NCBI GenBank assembly: GCA_963729715.1
Contig: CAVSPA010000010.1
Coordinates: 160,001 to 224,000 of the forward strand
Reading direction: 5' to 3'
DNA: 64,000 bases
DNA from: an uncultured delta proteobacterium
Lineage (GTDB): Bacteria; Desulfobacterota; Syntrophia; Syntrophales; UBA2185
Of this stretch, positions 11,484-22,721 are shown in pieces (position 1 is the first letter of the stretch; every line of letters begins with the position of its first letter). The notes beneath the pieces were generated by a model, which worked only from the letters and a program-made list of their open reading frames with translations, searched no databases and was not told the origin of the DNA. A program made the translations under genes and the position numbers.

Positions 11484-12160
11484 ATCGGCTTTTTATTATT
11501 GTATTAGTAATTGCAGCTTGTACTTTCCTTTTGATCCCTGAGGGATTTTCACAGGATGATGGCAATATCTGGACAGTAGAGACAGAAGGTACGGGACTCA
11601 TAACAAACAATGATTTAGCCGGTGCCCGAAATAAAGCCATCAATGATGCTTTGCGAAAAGCTGTAGAACAGGCAGTAGCATCGTTGATCCCTCTCCAGAC
11701 CCTTGATAATAAGAGGTCTCAGGCGATCAGAGACGGGATATATACAAAGAGTAACCAATATGTCCACGATTACAAAATCAGCAGCGAGCGACAAATCCCA
11801 AAAGTCTATGTGATTGATGTCAGATCAGCGGTATTTATAGGCAGTATAAGAGATGATCTTCAGACCCTCGGGCTTCTCAAGCTGGACAAGGATAGGGTTT
11901 CGTCAACAGAGATAGCGGTTATAGTAAAAGGCCTGACAAGCTGTGCCGACTACATAAGAGCCAGAGGACTGCTCACGACAAAGGTGAAGGGCGTCAGAAA
12001 TGTTTATCAGCGTCAGATCGCCTGGGGTACGGCGAGGCTGGGTCTGGATTTTCAGGGACCGGTCCAGTCATTATCGGATGAACTGATAAAGACGGGGCAT
12101 TTTTCCCTGATAATTGGTCTCATAGATCGAAATTATTTTGAGGTCACCTTCTTGAAATAG
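11480..12160 (+). CDS. Exported protein with FlgT N-terminal/LPP20-like domain
   Basis: Signal peptide; VETEG...ARNKAINDALRKAVEQA pattern. Confidence 0.7.
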   Translation: MNRLFIIVLVIAACTFLLIPEGFSQDDGNIWTVETEGTGLITNNDLAGARNKAINDALRKAVEQAVASLIPLQTLDNKRSQAIRDGIYTKSNQYVHDYKISSERQIPKVYVIDVRSAVFIGSIRDDLQTLGLLKLDKDRVSSTEIAVIVKGLTSCADYIRARGLLTTKVKGVRNVYQRQIAWGTARLGLDFQGPVQSLSDELIKTGHFSLIIGLIDRNYFEVTFLK

Positions 12161-12235
12161 AAATGACGGTGGAATGATCCTTTCCACGTGGGCCGTGAGT
12201 GCCCCTAGATGGAATGGAGTGAGGCTTAGATATTG

Positions 12236-12832
12236 ATGGGTCGGTTTTATCGAATATTTGTGATGATAAGTGTGCTAATCGCCGCGCAGGGCTGCGCATG
12301 GAAGCAACCCTACACTGTGAATCCCGACTACAGCAAGAAAGGCACAAGGCTTATTGCCATATTGCCCGTGAATATGAAATCAGGTGATGCCAAGGCCGGC
12401 CAGATGCTGAGGGAAATGGTTCTTAATGAACTTTATTTCAAAGGTTATCCTAAAGTTTCGTTACAAGGCATGGATGAAAAACTAGCCAAAATATATAAGG
12501 GCAATATGGATTTCAAGAGAGAGAATATTCCTCCCAAGGCCATAGGTGATCTGCTCGGTGTCGATGCCGTACTGTATGCTTCTTTAGAAGAATGCTCCAC
12601 TGACTTCTCATTTGTTTACGCGCCTACACACGTCTCCGTGTTTTTCGAATTGCGTAGTGCAAAGACGGGGGAAACTCTCTGGAGTTACCGTAATAAAACC
12701 GTAAAAAGGAATTACGGAATTTCGCGTGAACAGCTTGAGATGGAATCCTGCCAAGTCTATGAACCGGCAATGCAGGAAGTTGTAGATAAGGCCATGCGGA
12801 CTCTGCCCGATGGTCCTGATTCTCCGGGATAA
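12236..12832 (+). CDS. Lipoprotein, DUF799/GNA1162-like
   Basis: Lipobox AQGC; IAILP, LGVDAVLY, TGETLW motifs. Confidence 0.7.
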   Translation: MGRFYRIFVMISVLIAAQGCAWKQPYTVNPDYSKKGTRLIAILPVNMKSGDAKAGQMLREMVLNELYFKGYPKVSLQGMDEKLAKIYKGNMDFKRENIPPKAIGDLLGVDAVLYASLEECSTDFSFVYAPTHVSVFFELRSAKTGETLWSYRNKTVKRNYGISREQLEMESCQVYEPAMQEVVDKAMRTLPDGPDSPG

Positions 12833-12939
12833 CGCACCTCCACACCCTTTTGAACATGGACAAGGCCACAAGCTCTGCATGATTTTTTCCGGATTGCGGT
12901 TTCGGGTATGTATGTTTGACCACGAATAAGGAGACGCAG

Positions 12940-13707
12940 ATGAAGAAGATAATATTTTTTTTGTGCATAATGTCATTTGTGTTGGTTAGTTCTCAAGTGC
13001 TCGCGGCAAAGAGAATTATGGAGCTGAAGATTGGCAGAGGCGAGGCCAAAGTCAATGTTTTGGATGGATCGGCTCAGATTCTTCAAGCCGGGAAAAAGAC
13101 ATGGCGTTCGTTGAACATGGGAGACACTCTCAGAGGCGGCGATGAAGTTAATACGGGATCTAAAGCGAGACTGGAGCTGGTCCTCCCGGACTATTCCGCA
13201 GTGCGCTTTGCCGGCAACTCCCATTTTATGGTTCTTCAGGTTGATTCTGGCGGTGATACCGTACCGAGGAACATGAAGTTTCATGTAGCTGTAGGAAGAA
13301 CCTGGGCCAATGTCAGCAAGGCCGTGGGGAAAAGGGGTCAATTCGAGCTGCGGTCTGAAAATGCTGTAGCCGGTGTGAGGGGCACGATTTATCGTATGAA
13401 TGTGGAGAAAGACAAGTCGGCCCTGGTAAGGGTATATGACGGAACCGTGCACGTATCGGGTGGCGGTTCGGCCATGGAGCCGCCCCCAATGATCGGTCCT
13501 CCCCAGAAAATCGCGGGTCCCACCCCGATTCCCGGTCCGAAGAAAGTCACAATGGAGGAATGGGTCTTTATTATTAAATCGATGCAGCAGATAAGCATTG
13601 GAGCTGATGGAACGGCGCAAAAACCGCGAGACTTTACTGAAAAAGAAGATCGCGACGAGTGGGTGGACTGGAACAAGGCGAGAGATCAGGAATTGGGATC
13701 GAACTAA
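12940..13707 (+). CDS. Exported FecR-domain protein
   Basis: Signal peptide; [26 protein letters not shown]. Confidence 0.8.
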   Translation: MKKIIFFLCIMSFVLVSSQVLAAKRIMELKIGRGEAKVNVLDGSAQILQAGKKTWRSLNMGDTLRGGDEVNTGSKARLELVLPDYSAVRFAGNSHFMVLQVDSGGDTVPRNMKFHVAVGRTWANVSKAVGKRGQFELRSENAVAGVRGTIYRMNVEKDKSALVRVYDGTVHVSGGGSAMEPPPMIGPPQKIAGPTPIPGPKKVTMEEWVFIIKSMQQISIGADGTAQKPRDFTEKEDRDEWVDWNKARDQELGSN

Positions 13708-13750
13708 CAGCACATAATAAATCCATAGTGCAAATCGGACATAACAGCCA

Positions 13751-14290
13751 ATGAATTTGCCCAATCTGTTGACACTGGTTAGGATCCTTCTTGTGCCTAT
13801 CACGGTGATCTTTCTCATGCAGGGGGCATTTGGGAAGGCACTCATTCTGTTGGTTGTTTCAGGGATTACAGATGCCTTGGACGGCTTTTTTGCCCGTATA
13901 TTAAACCAGCAGACAGTGCTCGGTTCATATCTGGATCCGATAGCCGATAAGGCCCTTTTCGCAAGCTGTTTTGTGACTTTGTCTATAAAAGGAGTAATTC
14001 CGGGATGGTTCACAGTCATCGTCATCAGCAGGGACTTTATCATCCTTGTCGGCATTGCCATACTGTCAATCATGTCCATCCCGTATGAGATCCGCCCTTC
14101 ATTCATCGGCAAGCTTACAACAGCGCTGCAATTGATCACTCTGGTGTTCTTCCTTGTCTCCCGTATTCTTCCGGGGACGATCGATCATGTGTGGCTTTTA
14201 ATTTTCCAGTGGATCACAATAGCGTTCACCATAATTTCCGGGCTGAATTATATGTTGAGGGGCATTAAACTAAACAGTCACGGGACTTAG
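13751..14290 (+). CDS. pgsA: CDP-alcohol phosphatidyltransferase (PgsA-like)
   Basis: MNLPNLLT, TDALDGFFAR...GSYLDPIADK. Confidence 0.85.
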   Translation: MNLPNLLTLVRILLVPITVIFLMQGAFGKALILLVVSGITDALDGFFARILNQQTVLGSYLDPIADKALFASCFVTLSIKGVIPGWFTVIVISRDFIILVGIAILSIMSIPYEIRPSFIGKLTTALQLITLVFFLVSRILPGTIDHVWLLIFQWITIAFTIISGLNYMLRGIKLNSHGT

Positions 14291-14396
14291 ATGCACCAGA
14301 GGCGTGCCTTCGAAAATACGCAAATCGCAATATTTGCTTGACATAACGCTGTATTACTGTTAAAAATCGTTCCCTTCTTTTGGAGAGCCCTGATGT

Positions 14397-14471
14397 AGGC
14401 ACGTAGCTCAGGGGGAGAGCGCCATCCTGACGCGGTGGATGTCCAGGGTTCAAATCCCTGCGTGCCTACCA
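14397..14471 (+). tRNA. tRNA-Val(GAC)
   Basis: Acceptor stem AGGCACG/CGTGCCT, anticodon arm CCATC-CTGACGC-GGTGG, GGTTCAAATCC T-arm, encoded CCA. Confidence 0.96.
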
Positions 14472-14521
14472 TTTTTTATCAGTAAGAAATAAGAACGAGA
14501 TATGACGATTTAATTATCAGT

Positions 14522-14560
14522 AAGGGCATCAGCGGGGGATATGCGGTGATGCCTTTTCTT
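14522..14560 (+). terminator. Probable intrinsic terminator after tRNA-Val
   Basis: AAGGGCATCA...TGATGCCTTT stem followed by T-rich tract. Confidence 0.6.
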
Positions 14561-14623
14561 GTAGAAGCATGATTGACTGTGTCTCAAAATAGTTTAAATG
14601 TTAAAAATTTCGGGTTTTAGTCT

Positions 14624-16543
14624 ATGAATGAAATAAGGATTGTATTACCGGACGGTTCTGCCGGTCAGTGTAATCGCGGCACGACGATTAAAGGGATTAT
14701 TTCATCATGGAAAAAGGAGATGCTTCCTTCACTGGTTGCGGCGAAACTCAATAATAAGCCTGTTGATTTGAGCCAGCCGATTATCGAGGAGCCCGCCGCG
14801 ATTTCGTTAATCAGTGTTGAAGCGAAGGAAGGCCTCGAAATTCTGCGCCACAGCATATCGCATGTCATGGCACAGGCGGTGAAAGATTTGTTTGACGGGG
14901 TTCAGATTACTATTGGTCCCTCTATTGAAGAAGGCTTTTATTACGACTTTGACTATAGGGAGAACTTCACTCCGGAAGACCTCGCGAAAATTGAAGAGCG
15001 TATGCGCGAGATCATAGCCGCTGATTACCCGTTCGCTCGCCAGGAGATGTCGAGGCAGGAGGCCGTCTCTTTTTTTAGGGAAAGGGGTGAAACCTATAAA
15101 GTCGAACTTCTCAACGATTTACCAGAGGACGTAAGAATAATTAGTTTGTACAGCCAAGGCGGCTATGTAGACCTATGTCGAGGACCCCATGTTCCATCTA
15201 CGGGGATGATCAGGGCTTTTAAGCTGTTAAATGTGGCAGGGGCATACTGGAGAGGCGACGAGAAGAATAAGATGCTCCAGCGTATATATGGGACAGGCTT
15301 TGCGACGGAAGAAGCGCTTGCCGAATATCTGCATATTGTCGAAGAGGCGAAGAAGAGGGATCACCGAAAACTGGGAAAAGAATTAGACCTGTTTCAGATG
15401 AATGACGAAGCAGGTCCTGGGCTTATCATCTTTCATCCTAAAGGAGCCAGACTGAGAAACATCATTGAGGACTGGGAGAGGAAGGAGCATCTGAAACGGG
15501 GATACGATATGGTTGTAGGGCCGCAGATACTAAAAGCCGATCTGTGGAAAAGATCCGGGCATTTCGACCATTACAGAGAAAACATGTATTTCACCGAAGT
15601 AGATAATCAGGCCTATGGTATAAAGCCCATGAACTGTCTGGCACACATGCTGATATATAAATCGAAGATTCGCAGCTACCGCGATTTGCCGCTTAGGTAT
15701 TTCGAACTTGGTACGGTACACAGACATGAGAAAACAGGGGTTCTGCACGGTCTCATGAGGGTGCGCCAGTTTACCCAGGATGATGCACATATACTGTGCA
15801 CGCCGGAGCAGTTAAATGGTGAAATCACCGCCATTGCAGATTTCGTAAGCTATGCGATGAAAGTTTTTGGTTTTGACTACGACGTGGAGCTCAGCACGAG
15901 GCCGGAAAAATCTATAGGCTCCGATGAGGAATGGGAAATGGCAACGGCGGCCTTGGAGGGAGCCCTCAAAATAAACAAGATTGAATATGAGGTTAATGAA
16001 GGAGATGGCGCGTTTTATGGGCCCAAGATTGATTTCAAGTTAAAAGACGCCCTGAAGAGAAAATGGCAATGTGCGACGATCCAGTGTGATTTTACACTTC
16101 CGGATCGATTTGATCTCAGCTATATCGGCGCAGACGGAGAAAAACATCGTCCCGTAATGTTGCACAGGGTGATATTAGGTGCAATAGAGCGGTTCATGGG
16201 TGTGTTAATAGAGCATCATGCGGGCGCCTTTCCAGTATGGCTGTCACCGGTTCAGGCAGTTCTGATGACTGTTACGGACAAGCACATTCCTTATGGAGAA
16301 AGGGTCTACACGGAGCTCGCTGAAGCGGGAATTCGTGCAGAGAGGGATTTTAGAAATGAGAAACTGGGATATAAGATCAGAGAAGCACAGATGCAGAAAG
16401 TACCCTATATGCTAGTAATCGGTGACCGGGAGATGGAATCGAACAGGGTTTCGCCCCGCGAGCGAAGTGGTAAGGACCTTGGCGCCACAGGTGTTAATGA
16501 GTTTATTGAATTGGTGAGAGAAAGATCTGCGCAGTATCAATAG
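14624..16543 (+). CDS. thrS: Threonine--tRNA ligase
   Basis: [32 protein letters not shown]. Confidence 0.98.
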   Translation: MNEIRIVLPDGSAGQCNRGTTIKGIISSWKKEMLPSLVAAKLNNKPVDLSQPIIEEPAAISLISVEAKEGLEILRHSISHVMAQAVKDLFDGVQITIGPSIEEGFYYDFDYRENFTPEDLAKIEERMREIIAADYPFARQEMSRQEAVSFFRERGETYKVELLNDLPEDVRIISLYSQGGYVDLCRGPHVPSTGMIRAFKLLNVAGAYWRGDEKNKMLQRIYGTGFATEEALAEYLHIVEEAKKRDHRKLGKELDLFQMNDEAGPGLIIFHPKGARLRNIIEDWERKEHLKRGYDMVVGPQILKADLWKRSGHFDHYRENMYFTEVDNQAYGIKPMNCLAHMLIYKSKIRSYRDLPLRYFELGTVHRHEKTGVLHGLMRVRQFTQDDAHILCTPEQLNGEITAIADFVSYAMKVFGFDYDVELSTRPEKSIGSDEEWEMATAALEGALKINKIEYEVNEGDGAFYGPKIDFKLKDALKRKWQCATIQCDFTLPDRFDLSYIGADGEKHRPVMLHRVILGAIERFMGVLIEHHAGAFPVWLSPVQAVLMTVTDKHIPYGERVYTELAEAGIRAERDFRNEKLGYKIREAQMQKVPYMLVIGDREMESNRVSPRERSGKDLGATGVNEFIELVRERSAQYQ

Positions 16544-16687
16544 CCGACAATAAGGAGATAGTTGGAAGCGGGAAGTCAACATGAAGACACTTGTAAGAAC
16601 CGGAGGTCCGGAGCGTCTGGATTCTTTGACATTAGCATGTATTTAGGATATTGATATTCGACTTTAATATTATTCAGGAGGTGTCGC

Positions 16688-17194
16688 ATAGCTAAGGATT
16701 TGAACATAAATGAAGAGATCAAGGCCACTGACGTCAGAGTGATTGATGAAGGCAAGCAGCTGGGCATTATGTCTCTTGCGGCGGCACTGGAGGTGGCTGT
16801 CAAGGCGGGGCTGGATTTGGTTGAGGTCGCTCCCAATTCTTCACCGCCGGTTTGCCGAATCATGGACTATGGAAAATTCAGATACCAGCAGAGCAAGAAG
16901 CAACAGGTCGCTAAAAAAAGTCAGAGCACCATTCAGGTAAAAGAGATAAGGATAAGACCGAAGACCGACGAACATGACCTGCAGGTAAAGATTAAACATA
17001 TTAAGAAATTTCTCGGCCAGAACGATAAGGTGAAGATAACCATGATGTTCAGGGGACGTGAGATGGCTTATACCGACCTGGGCAGGAAGATTATGGAGGA
17101 CGTGCAAAGGACGCTGGCAGATGTGAGCATTGTTGATCAGCATCCTAAGCTCGAGGGCAGAAACATGATTATGATGGTATCGCCCAAGAAATAG
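16688..17194 (+). CDS. infC: Translation initiation factor IF-3, non-canonical ATA start
   Basis: INEEI, LDLVEV, DYGKFRY, FRGRE; AGGAGGTG RBS directly before an in-frame ATA at 16688. Confidence 0.95.
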   Translation: MAKDLNINEEIKATDVRVIDEGKQLGIMSLAAALEVAVKAGLDLVEVAPNSSPPVCRIMDYGKFRYQQSKKQQVAKKSQSTIQVKEIRIRPKTDEHDLQVKIKHIKKFLGQNDKVKITMMFRGREMAYTDLGRKIMEDVQRTLADVSIVDQHPKLEGRNMIMMVSPKK

Positions 17195-17349
17195 AAAGTT
17201 ACAAAAAACTTGCTTCTGAATTGGAAATCGTAAAAAATATAAAAATCTGACTGCGGGACATCTTGAGTATCACGGCAGCCGTAATTTGCCCTTGTCCTAA
17301 GGATTTAGAAATTAGAAGTTGAAATTTTTCATGCAAGAGGAGTGATTTA

Positions 17350-17547
17350 ATGCCAAAGATAAAGACACACAGGGGCGCGGCCAAACGGTTTAGCCTGACG
17401 GGAACCGGCAAGGTGAAGAGGAGTAAGGCATACGGTAGCCACATTCTCACAAAAAAAACGACAAAGAGAAAGAGAAATTTGCGGAAGTCTGCTATTCTTG
17501 ACAAGAGGGATACCCACGGCATTAAGATGTTAATTCCCTACATGTAG
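17350..17547 (+). CDS. rpmI: 50S ribosomal protein L35
   Basis: [14 protein letters not shown]. Confidence 0.98.
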   Translation: MPKIKTHRGAAKRFSLTGTGKVKRSKAYGSHILTKKTTKRKRNLRKSAILDKRDTHGIKMLIPYM

Positions 17548-17637
17548 GATAGAAATGAGACATTTAAACTAGATATTTTTTTGTCTTGATCATGGGATCT
17601 AATAGTTATTTTGATAAGAGTTGGGAGATAAAGAGAT

Positions 17638-18000
17638 ATGCCGAGAGTAAAAAGAAGTATCACTGCTAAGAAAAAGAGACGAAAAATCCTGAAAATGGCG
17701 AAGGGCTTTTTTGGTGCGCGCAGCCGTTTGTTGAGGACGGCCACCGAAGCCGTTGAACGGTCAATGAAGTACGCCTACAGGGACAGAAGAGTGCGAAAAA
17801 GAGATTTCAGAAAACTCTGGATTGCGAGAATTAATGCGGCTGCTCGAATCAATGAAATATCATATAGCCGGTTAATCTACGGCATGAAGAAAGCAGGCGT
17901 GGAGATTGACAGAAAGATCCTTGCCGAGCTTGCCGTTCATGATCCGCGAGGATTTTCTGAGATAGTCGGTATCGCAAAAGGTAAGCTGGCGGCATGCTGA
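17638..18000 (+). CDS. rplT: 50S ribosomal protein L20
   Basis: [23 protein letters not shown]. Confidence 0.98.
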   Translation: MPRVKRSITAKKKRRKILKMAKGFFGARSRLLRTATEAVERSMKYAYRDRRVRKRDFRKLWIARINAAARINEISYSRLIYGMKKAGVEIDRKILAELAVHDPRGFSEIVGIAKGKLAAC

Positions 18001-19010
18001 AGGAACTTGAGGAGCTTCAAAGGCTGGCAGAATCCGAGTTAAAGAAGTCAAAGACCGAAGAGGAGCTCCTCGCAGTAAAAACAAAGTATTTGGGAAGAAA
18101 GGGTATTCTAACAAAGCTTCTCCGTGGCTTAGGAGATATAGAGCCTGAGGTAAGGCCACAAGTCGGGAATCGCTGTAATGAAATCAAAGCTACGCTGACT
18201 GCTGCAATAGAGAATGCTCTCAAAGATCGAGCCTCTCTCAAGAAGGGGGAGGTTCTTCTTCGCGATAGAATCGATGTAACACTCCCAGGCAGAAGAGTTC
18301 GTTTTGGCAAGGAACATCCCGTATCATCGGTTTGCAAGGATATTTGCGACATATTTGCGGGACTCGGCTTCTCAACCGTCCAGGGCCCGGAAATTGAGCT
18401 CGACTATTACAATTTTGAGGCTTTGAATATTCCCAAAGACCACCCTGCACGAGATATGCAGGATACATTCTATGTGGAAGATAATATCGTGCTGCGTACC
18501 CATACCTCACCGGTGCAAATAAGAGTTATGGAAAAGCAGCGGCCACCGATCAGAATTCTCTCACCGGGTAGGGTGTATCGACCCGATTCCGACATCTCTC
18601 ATACCCCGATGTTTCATCAGATTGAAGGTCTCCTGGTTGATAAAGGAGTCACCTTCGGCGATCTGAAAGGTGTTCTTACGTTATTTCTTAAGCAGATGTT
18701 CGGCGGTGACACGGCGCTCAGATTTCGCCCCAGCTTCTTCCCTTTTACCGAGCCCTCTGCTGAGGTAGATATAAGGTGCGTCATGTGCAGAGGCGCGGGC
18801 TGTCGAGTCTGTTCTCAGAGCGGCTGGCTCGAAATACTAGGTTCCGGCATGGTAGATCCGGAGGTCTTCAAGAATGTAAATTACGACCCGGAGGAATTTT
18901 CCGGTTTCGCTTTCGGCTTGGGCCTCGAAAGGATTGCCATGTTGAAGTACGGGATATCGGATATCCGGTTGTTCTTCGAGAATGACTGGAGGTTTCTGGA
19001 GCAGTTCTGA
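17994..19010 (+). CDS. pheS: Phenylalanine--tRNA ligase alpha subunit
   Basis: [36 protein letters not shown]. Confidence 0.98.
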   Translation: MLKELEELQRLAESELKKSKTEEELLAVKTKYLGRKGILTKLLRGLGDIEPEVRPQVGNRCNEIKATLTAAIENALKDRASLKKGEVLLRDRIDVTLPGRRVRFGKEHPVSSVCKDICDIFAGLGFSTVQGPEIELDYYNFEALNIPKDHPARDMQDTFYVEDNIVLRTHTSPVQIRVMEKQRPPIRILSPGRVYRPDSDISHTPMFHQIEGLLVDKGVTFGDLKGVLTLFLKQMFGGDTALRFRPSFFPFTEPSAEVDIRCVMCRGAGCRVCSQSGWLEILGSGMVDPEVFKNVNYDPEEFSGFAFGLGLERIAMLKYGISDIRLFFENDWRFLEQF

Positions 19011-19263
19011 TGCTCAGGATTTAAATTATTGATAGCAGAAACGGCAATTCTTCTTCAAACAATTATGAAAATAAATCGTCTCGGTCAAATCACAACTGCG
19101 AATGATTAAATCCTAAACAAGCATGAATGTGGAAGACCACATTATCCAAGCAGTAGGATTTTGAATAGATATTTGAACTTCTTAAGGGTATCCACGATTC
19201 GCAGTTCGAATATAAGCCTCATGAATTTTAAATGATCACGGCCAAGACTTAGGATTTGCATTT

Positions 19264-21681
19264 ATGTTAGTAAGTCTCAGATGGCTCAGAGATTATGTCG
19301 ATATAAGGATTCCTCTAAGGGAACTTGTTGACCGTTTGACAATGGCTGGTCTTGAAGTTGAAGAGATAAAGGAGATCGGTCCTGCGTTTACCAATGTAGT
19401 TGTCGCAAAAATTCTTTCCGTAAAGACCCATCCGGAAACAGACAAATATTACTTCTGCGAAGTGGCTGCGGGCGAAGGCATTTATCCTGTGGTCTGTGGT
19501 GCGCGCAACATCGAGGCCGGCGATGTGGTTCCCCTGGCAAGAATCGGAGCAACATTACCGGGTGGCTATACGATCAAGAGTTCCAAAATCAGAGGCGCAG
19601 TATCGGAAGGGATGCTTTGTTCCGAGCAAGAATTGGGCATAGGTGACGATGCGTCGGGGATTATGATTCTTCCTCGCGAACTCACGATAGGCCTTGACCT
19701 GGCAGAAGCATTGAATCTCAAGGACATGGTCCTTGATGTAGGGATCACACCCAACAGGTCTGACTGTTTAAGCATCATAGGAATTGCCCGTGAAATTGCT
19801 GCAATCACCGGGTCCGCAGTCAAGTATCCGGACACCTTTGTTTCCGAAATTGAGCAGGATATAACAAGTATCACATCGGTTGATATACTTGATCCCGATT
19901 TGTGCCCGCGCTACAGCGCCAGGATTATAAAGGACGTAGCCATAAAACCGTCCCCTCTCTGGATGCGCCGGAGACTTGAAGCAGTGGGCTTGCGTGCGAT
20001 TAACAATATCGTTGATGTCACCAATTATGTGATGATGGAGTTGGGGCAACCGCTTCATGCATTTGATTTCCGGTTTCTTGAAGAGGGCCGCATTGTGGTC
20101 AGAAGATCCCGCGGCGGAGAAACATTCACTTCTCTCGATGAGAAGGAACGCATTCTCGACACGGATACGCTGATGATCTGTGACGGCAGGAAGCCCGTAG
20201 CCATTGGCGGCATCATGGGCGGCCTTAATTCCGAAGTCAAAGAAGATACTGAAATTATACTTCTGGAAAGCGCCTATTTTACCCCTGCCTCAATTAGAAA
20301 ATCCGCTAAGTCGCTGGGGATGACTACGGATGCTGCATTCAGATTCGGTCGGGGCATAGATCCTGAAGGCGTGATAAGGGCTCTAAACAGAGCGGCTCAG
20401 CTTATGGCGAAAATTTCCGGTGGGCGGGTTTGCAGAGGCTACATTGACCGATATCCTCAAAAAGTTAAAGTCGCGGGGAATATACCGCTCCGTGGGGAAA
20501 GGGTCAATGAAATACTGGGTACAGACATTGATGCCCCGGAAATCGTGAAAATACTGGAAAGTTTAGAGATGACTGTTCTCCTCGAAAAGGACGGCGTCTA
20601 CCTGGTAACTCCACCCACGTACAGAGTGGATATTGCGAGGGAGATAGATCTCATCGAAGAGGTAGCCAGATTGTATGGTTATGACCGTATTCCTGTGACG
20701 CTGCCTCCCGTGTTTGTCACGGCTGTGACGACGGAGCGCCAGCAAATCGTCGTCGACAGAATACGGGACCTCATAAGGGGATCGGGTTACTCCGAAATAA
20801 TAACGTTCAGTTTTATTTCCCCTGAATCGGCACAGCTTCTCGGAATCGGAGAGGATGATGATCGCCGAAATATGGTCAAAATACGGAATCCTCTTACGGA
20901 AGATCAATCGGTGATGCGAACAACACTCGTAAGCAGCCTTTTGGAGACAATGAAAAAAAATGCTCACAACGGATGTCTTGATCTTAAGCTTTTTGAGATC
21001 GGCAGGGTTTTCTTTCACCGAAAAGAAGGCGAACTTCCCGTTGAGAAGAACAGGCTGGGGTGTCTCATCACAGGCCTGTTTTACGATGATCTCTGGTGTT
21101 CAAAAATAGATGCGGATTTTTATGACTTAAAAGGCTGTATAGAAAACATATTTGATGGTCTCAAGATTGCGGGTCTGGAATTGAGATCTGATCACAGGGA
21201 AGCTTTCCTCCATCCAGGCAAGTCATGTGGGATGTATGCTAATGACCGGTTTATCGGATTCTTGGGGGAAGTGCATCCGGATACTCTTCTTGAGATGGAT
21301 TTAAAGAATCGGGCTTATGTAGCCGAAATAGATTTGGATATTATCTCCAGTATGTTTTCAGGCGAAGTGTTGTATCAAGATCTGCCAAGATTTCCATCAG
21401 TCGTAAGAGATGTGGCATTCGTAATCGGCCAGGAAACGGAAGCGGATAAAATGCTTAAACTTGCCGTTGAAATGGGTAAAGAAATGCTTGAAAAAGTGAG
21501 TGTTTTTGATGTATATTCTGGTAATAATATTCCGGAGGGGAAAAGGAGTCTCGGAATAAGGTTTGTATATCGTGCTGCTGACAGGACCCTAACGGATGAT
21601 GAAGTGAATCAGCTGCACGGTAAGATCGTAAGAAAGATTGTTGACTTGACTGGGACAAGGATAAGAGGAGAAGAAATCTAG
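19264..21681 (+). CDS. pheT: Phenylalanine--tRNA ligase beta subunit
   Basis: SEGMLCS, ITPNRSDCLS, DLIEEVAR, C-terminal FDX-ACB domain. Confidence 0.98.
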   Translation: MLVSLRWLRDYVDIRIPLRELVDRLTMAGLEVEEIKEIGPAFTNVVVAKILSVKTHPETDKYYFCEVAAGEGIYPVVCGARNIEAGDVVPLARIGATLPGGYTIKSSKIRGAVSEGMLCSEQELGIGDDASGIMILPRELTIGLDLAEALNLKDMVLDVGITPNRSDCLSIIGIAREIAAITGSAVKYPDTFVSEIEQDITSITSVDILDPDLCPRYSARIIKDVAIKPSPLWMRRRLEAVGLRAINNIVDVTNYVMMELGQPLHAFDFRFLEEGRIVVRRSRGGETFTSLDEKERILDTDTLMICDGRKPVAIGGIMGGLNSEVKEDTEIILLESAYFTPASIRKSAKSLGMTTDAAFRFGRGIDPEGVIRALNRAAQLMAKISGGRVCRGYIDRYPQKVKVAGNIPLRGERVNEILGTDIDAPEIVKILESLEMTVLLEKDGVYLVTPPTYRVDIAREIDLIEEVARLYGYDRIPVTLPPVFVTAVTTERQQIVVDRIRDLIRGSGYSEIITFSFISPESAQLLGIGEDDDRRNMVKIRNPLTEDQSVMRTTLVSSLLETMKKNAHNGCLDLKLFEIGRVFFHRKEGELPVEKNRLGCLITGLFYDDLWCSKIDADFYDLKGCIENIFDGLKIAGLELRSDHREAFLHPGKSCGMYANDRFIGFLGEVHPDTLLEMDLKNRAYVAEIDLDIISSMFSGEVLYQDLPRFPSVVRDVAFVIGQETEADKMLKLAVEMGKEMLEKVSVFDVYSGNNIPEGKRSLGIRFVYRAADRTLTDDEVNQLHGKIVRKIVDLTGTRIRGEEI

Positions 21682-21709
21682 GCGTCTGTAAGATTGGGGG
21701 AGGTTCGAA

Positions 21710-21985
21710 ATGACAAAGATTGATATTATTCAGGATGTGTATGAAAAGCTGGGATTTTCCAAAAAGGATGCAGCGAAAATTGTTGAGTCGGTTTTTGAGA
21801 TCATGAAAGACAGCCTTGCTCGTGGTGAGAAGATAAAGATTTCCGGTTTCGGCAACTTTTCCGTAAAGGATAAGAAATCCCGCAGGGGCAGAAATCCGCA
21901 GACCGGAAGTGAAATAGAAATATCTGCGAGGAAAGTACTTACCTTTAAGTCAAGTCAAGTGTTGCGCAAAGCGCTGAATAGTTAA
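21710..21985 (+). CDS. ihfA: Integration host factor alpha
   Basis: KISGFGNF, RGRNPQTG; follows pheT. Confidence 0.95.
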   Translation: MTKIDIIQDVYEKLGFSKKDAAKIVESVFEIMKDSLARGEKIKISGFGNFSVKDKKSRRGRNPQTGSEIEISARKVLTFKSSQVLRKALNS

Positions 21986-22326
21986 TTTGGATAGCAAGAA
22001 AAATCTGATCATCAATTCGCGATGATTCGGTAAAAAAGTCAAGAATCTGTTTTACAACTGGCCGCTTTTGAGAGAAGTACGGGTATCGAGTCACTGTGAT
22101 GCCGAGAGATGATACGATCGGACACGTGCACCGAGGAACTTGCCGTGCGCTTGATGAGGGGGGTATCCAGCCCCAGACTTTTGGACTTTTTGCTGGGTCA
22201 TCAATCCCGCGTACTAAACGAATCCATAAAGAAATTGATTTAAAGTGACCTTTCGCTGCATGTACGTATGAAAGGCTTCTATATAAGATCTTTGCTTTTT
22301 GGGGGCGTCGGGATTTAGGTTTCTTA

Positions 22327-22665
22327 ATGAATGCGTCGATTCCGAACAAGGAATATTTCCGTATCGGAGAGGTCAGTAGAATCCTCGATGTAGACCCGTA
22401 TGTCGTCAGGTTTTGGGAATCTGAATTCAAGTCAATTAAACCAATTCGCACTAAATCATATCAGCGTCTGTATAGGAGAAAAGATTTGGAGGAGCTGCTG
22501 ATTATAAAAAAACTCCTTTATAGTGATAAGTTTACGATAAGTGGTGCCAAGAGACAATTGCTGAAAATGAAAAGGGGGGGAACGGAGCAGGATCGAGACG
22601 ACATGCAAGAAAAGTTTGCGGAAATTAAAAAAGGATTATTGCAGATAAGACAAATGATAAGTTAA
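22327..22665 (+). CDS. MerR-family HTH regulator
   Basis: YFRIGEVS...VRFWESEF; conserved position after ihfA. Confidence 0.92.
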   Translation: MNASIPNKEYFRIGEVSRILDVDPYVVRFWESEFKSIKPIRTKSYQRLYRRKDLEELLIIKKLLYSDKFTISGAKRQLLKMKRGGTEQDRDDMQEKFAEIKKGLLQIRQMIS

Positions 22666-22721
22666 AAACGAAAAGGGACAGGCATTTTTTTCAATGAAAA
22701 AAGTTACCTGCCCCACCGTTC

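Noticed and set aside
12973..14139. 388-aa minus-strand ORF, and similar long antisense ORFs at 8885-9604, 23810-24517, 49080-49799 and 57287-58015
   Set aside because: Shadow frames opposite well-supported genes, with no motifs
14397..14620. tRNA-Val as an integration site
   Set aside because: No integrase nearby, no duplicate of the tRNA 3' end seen, and core synteny continues into thrS
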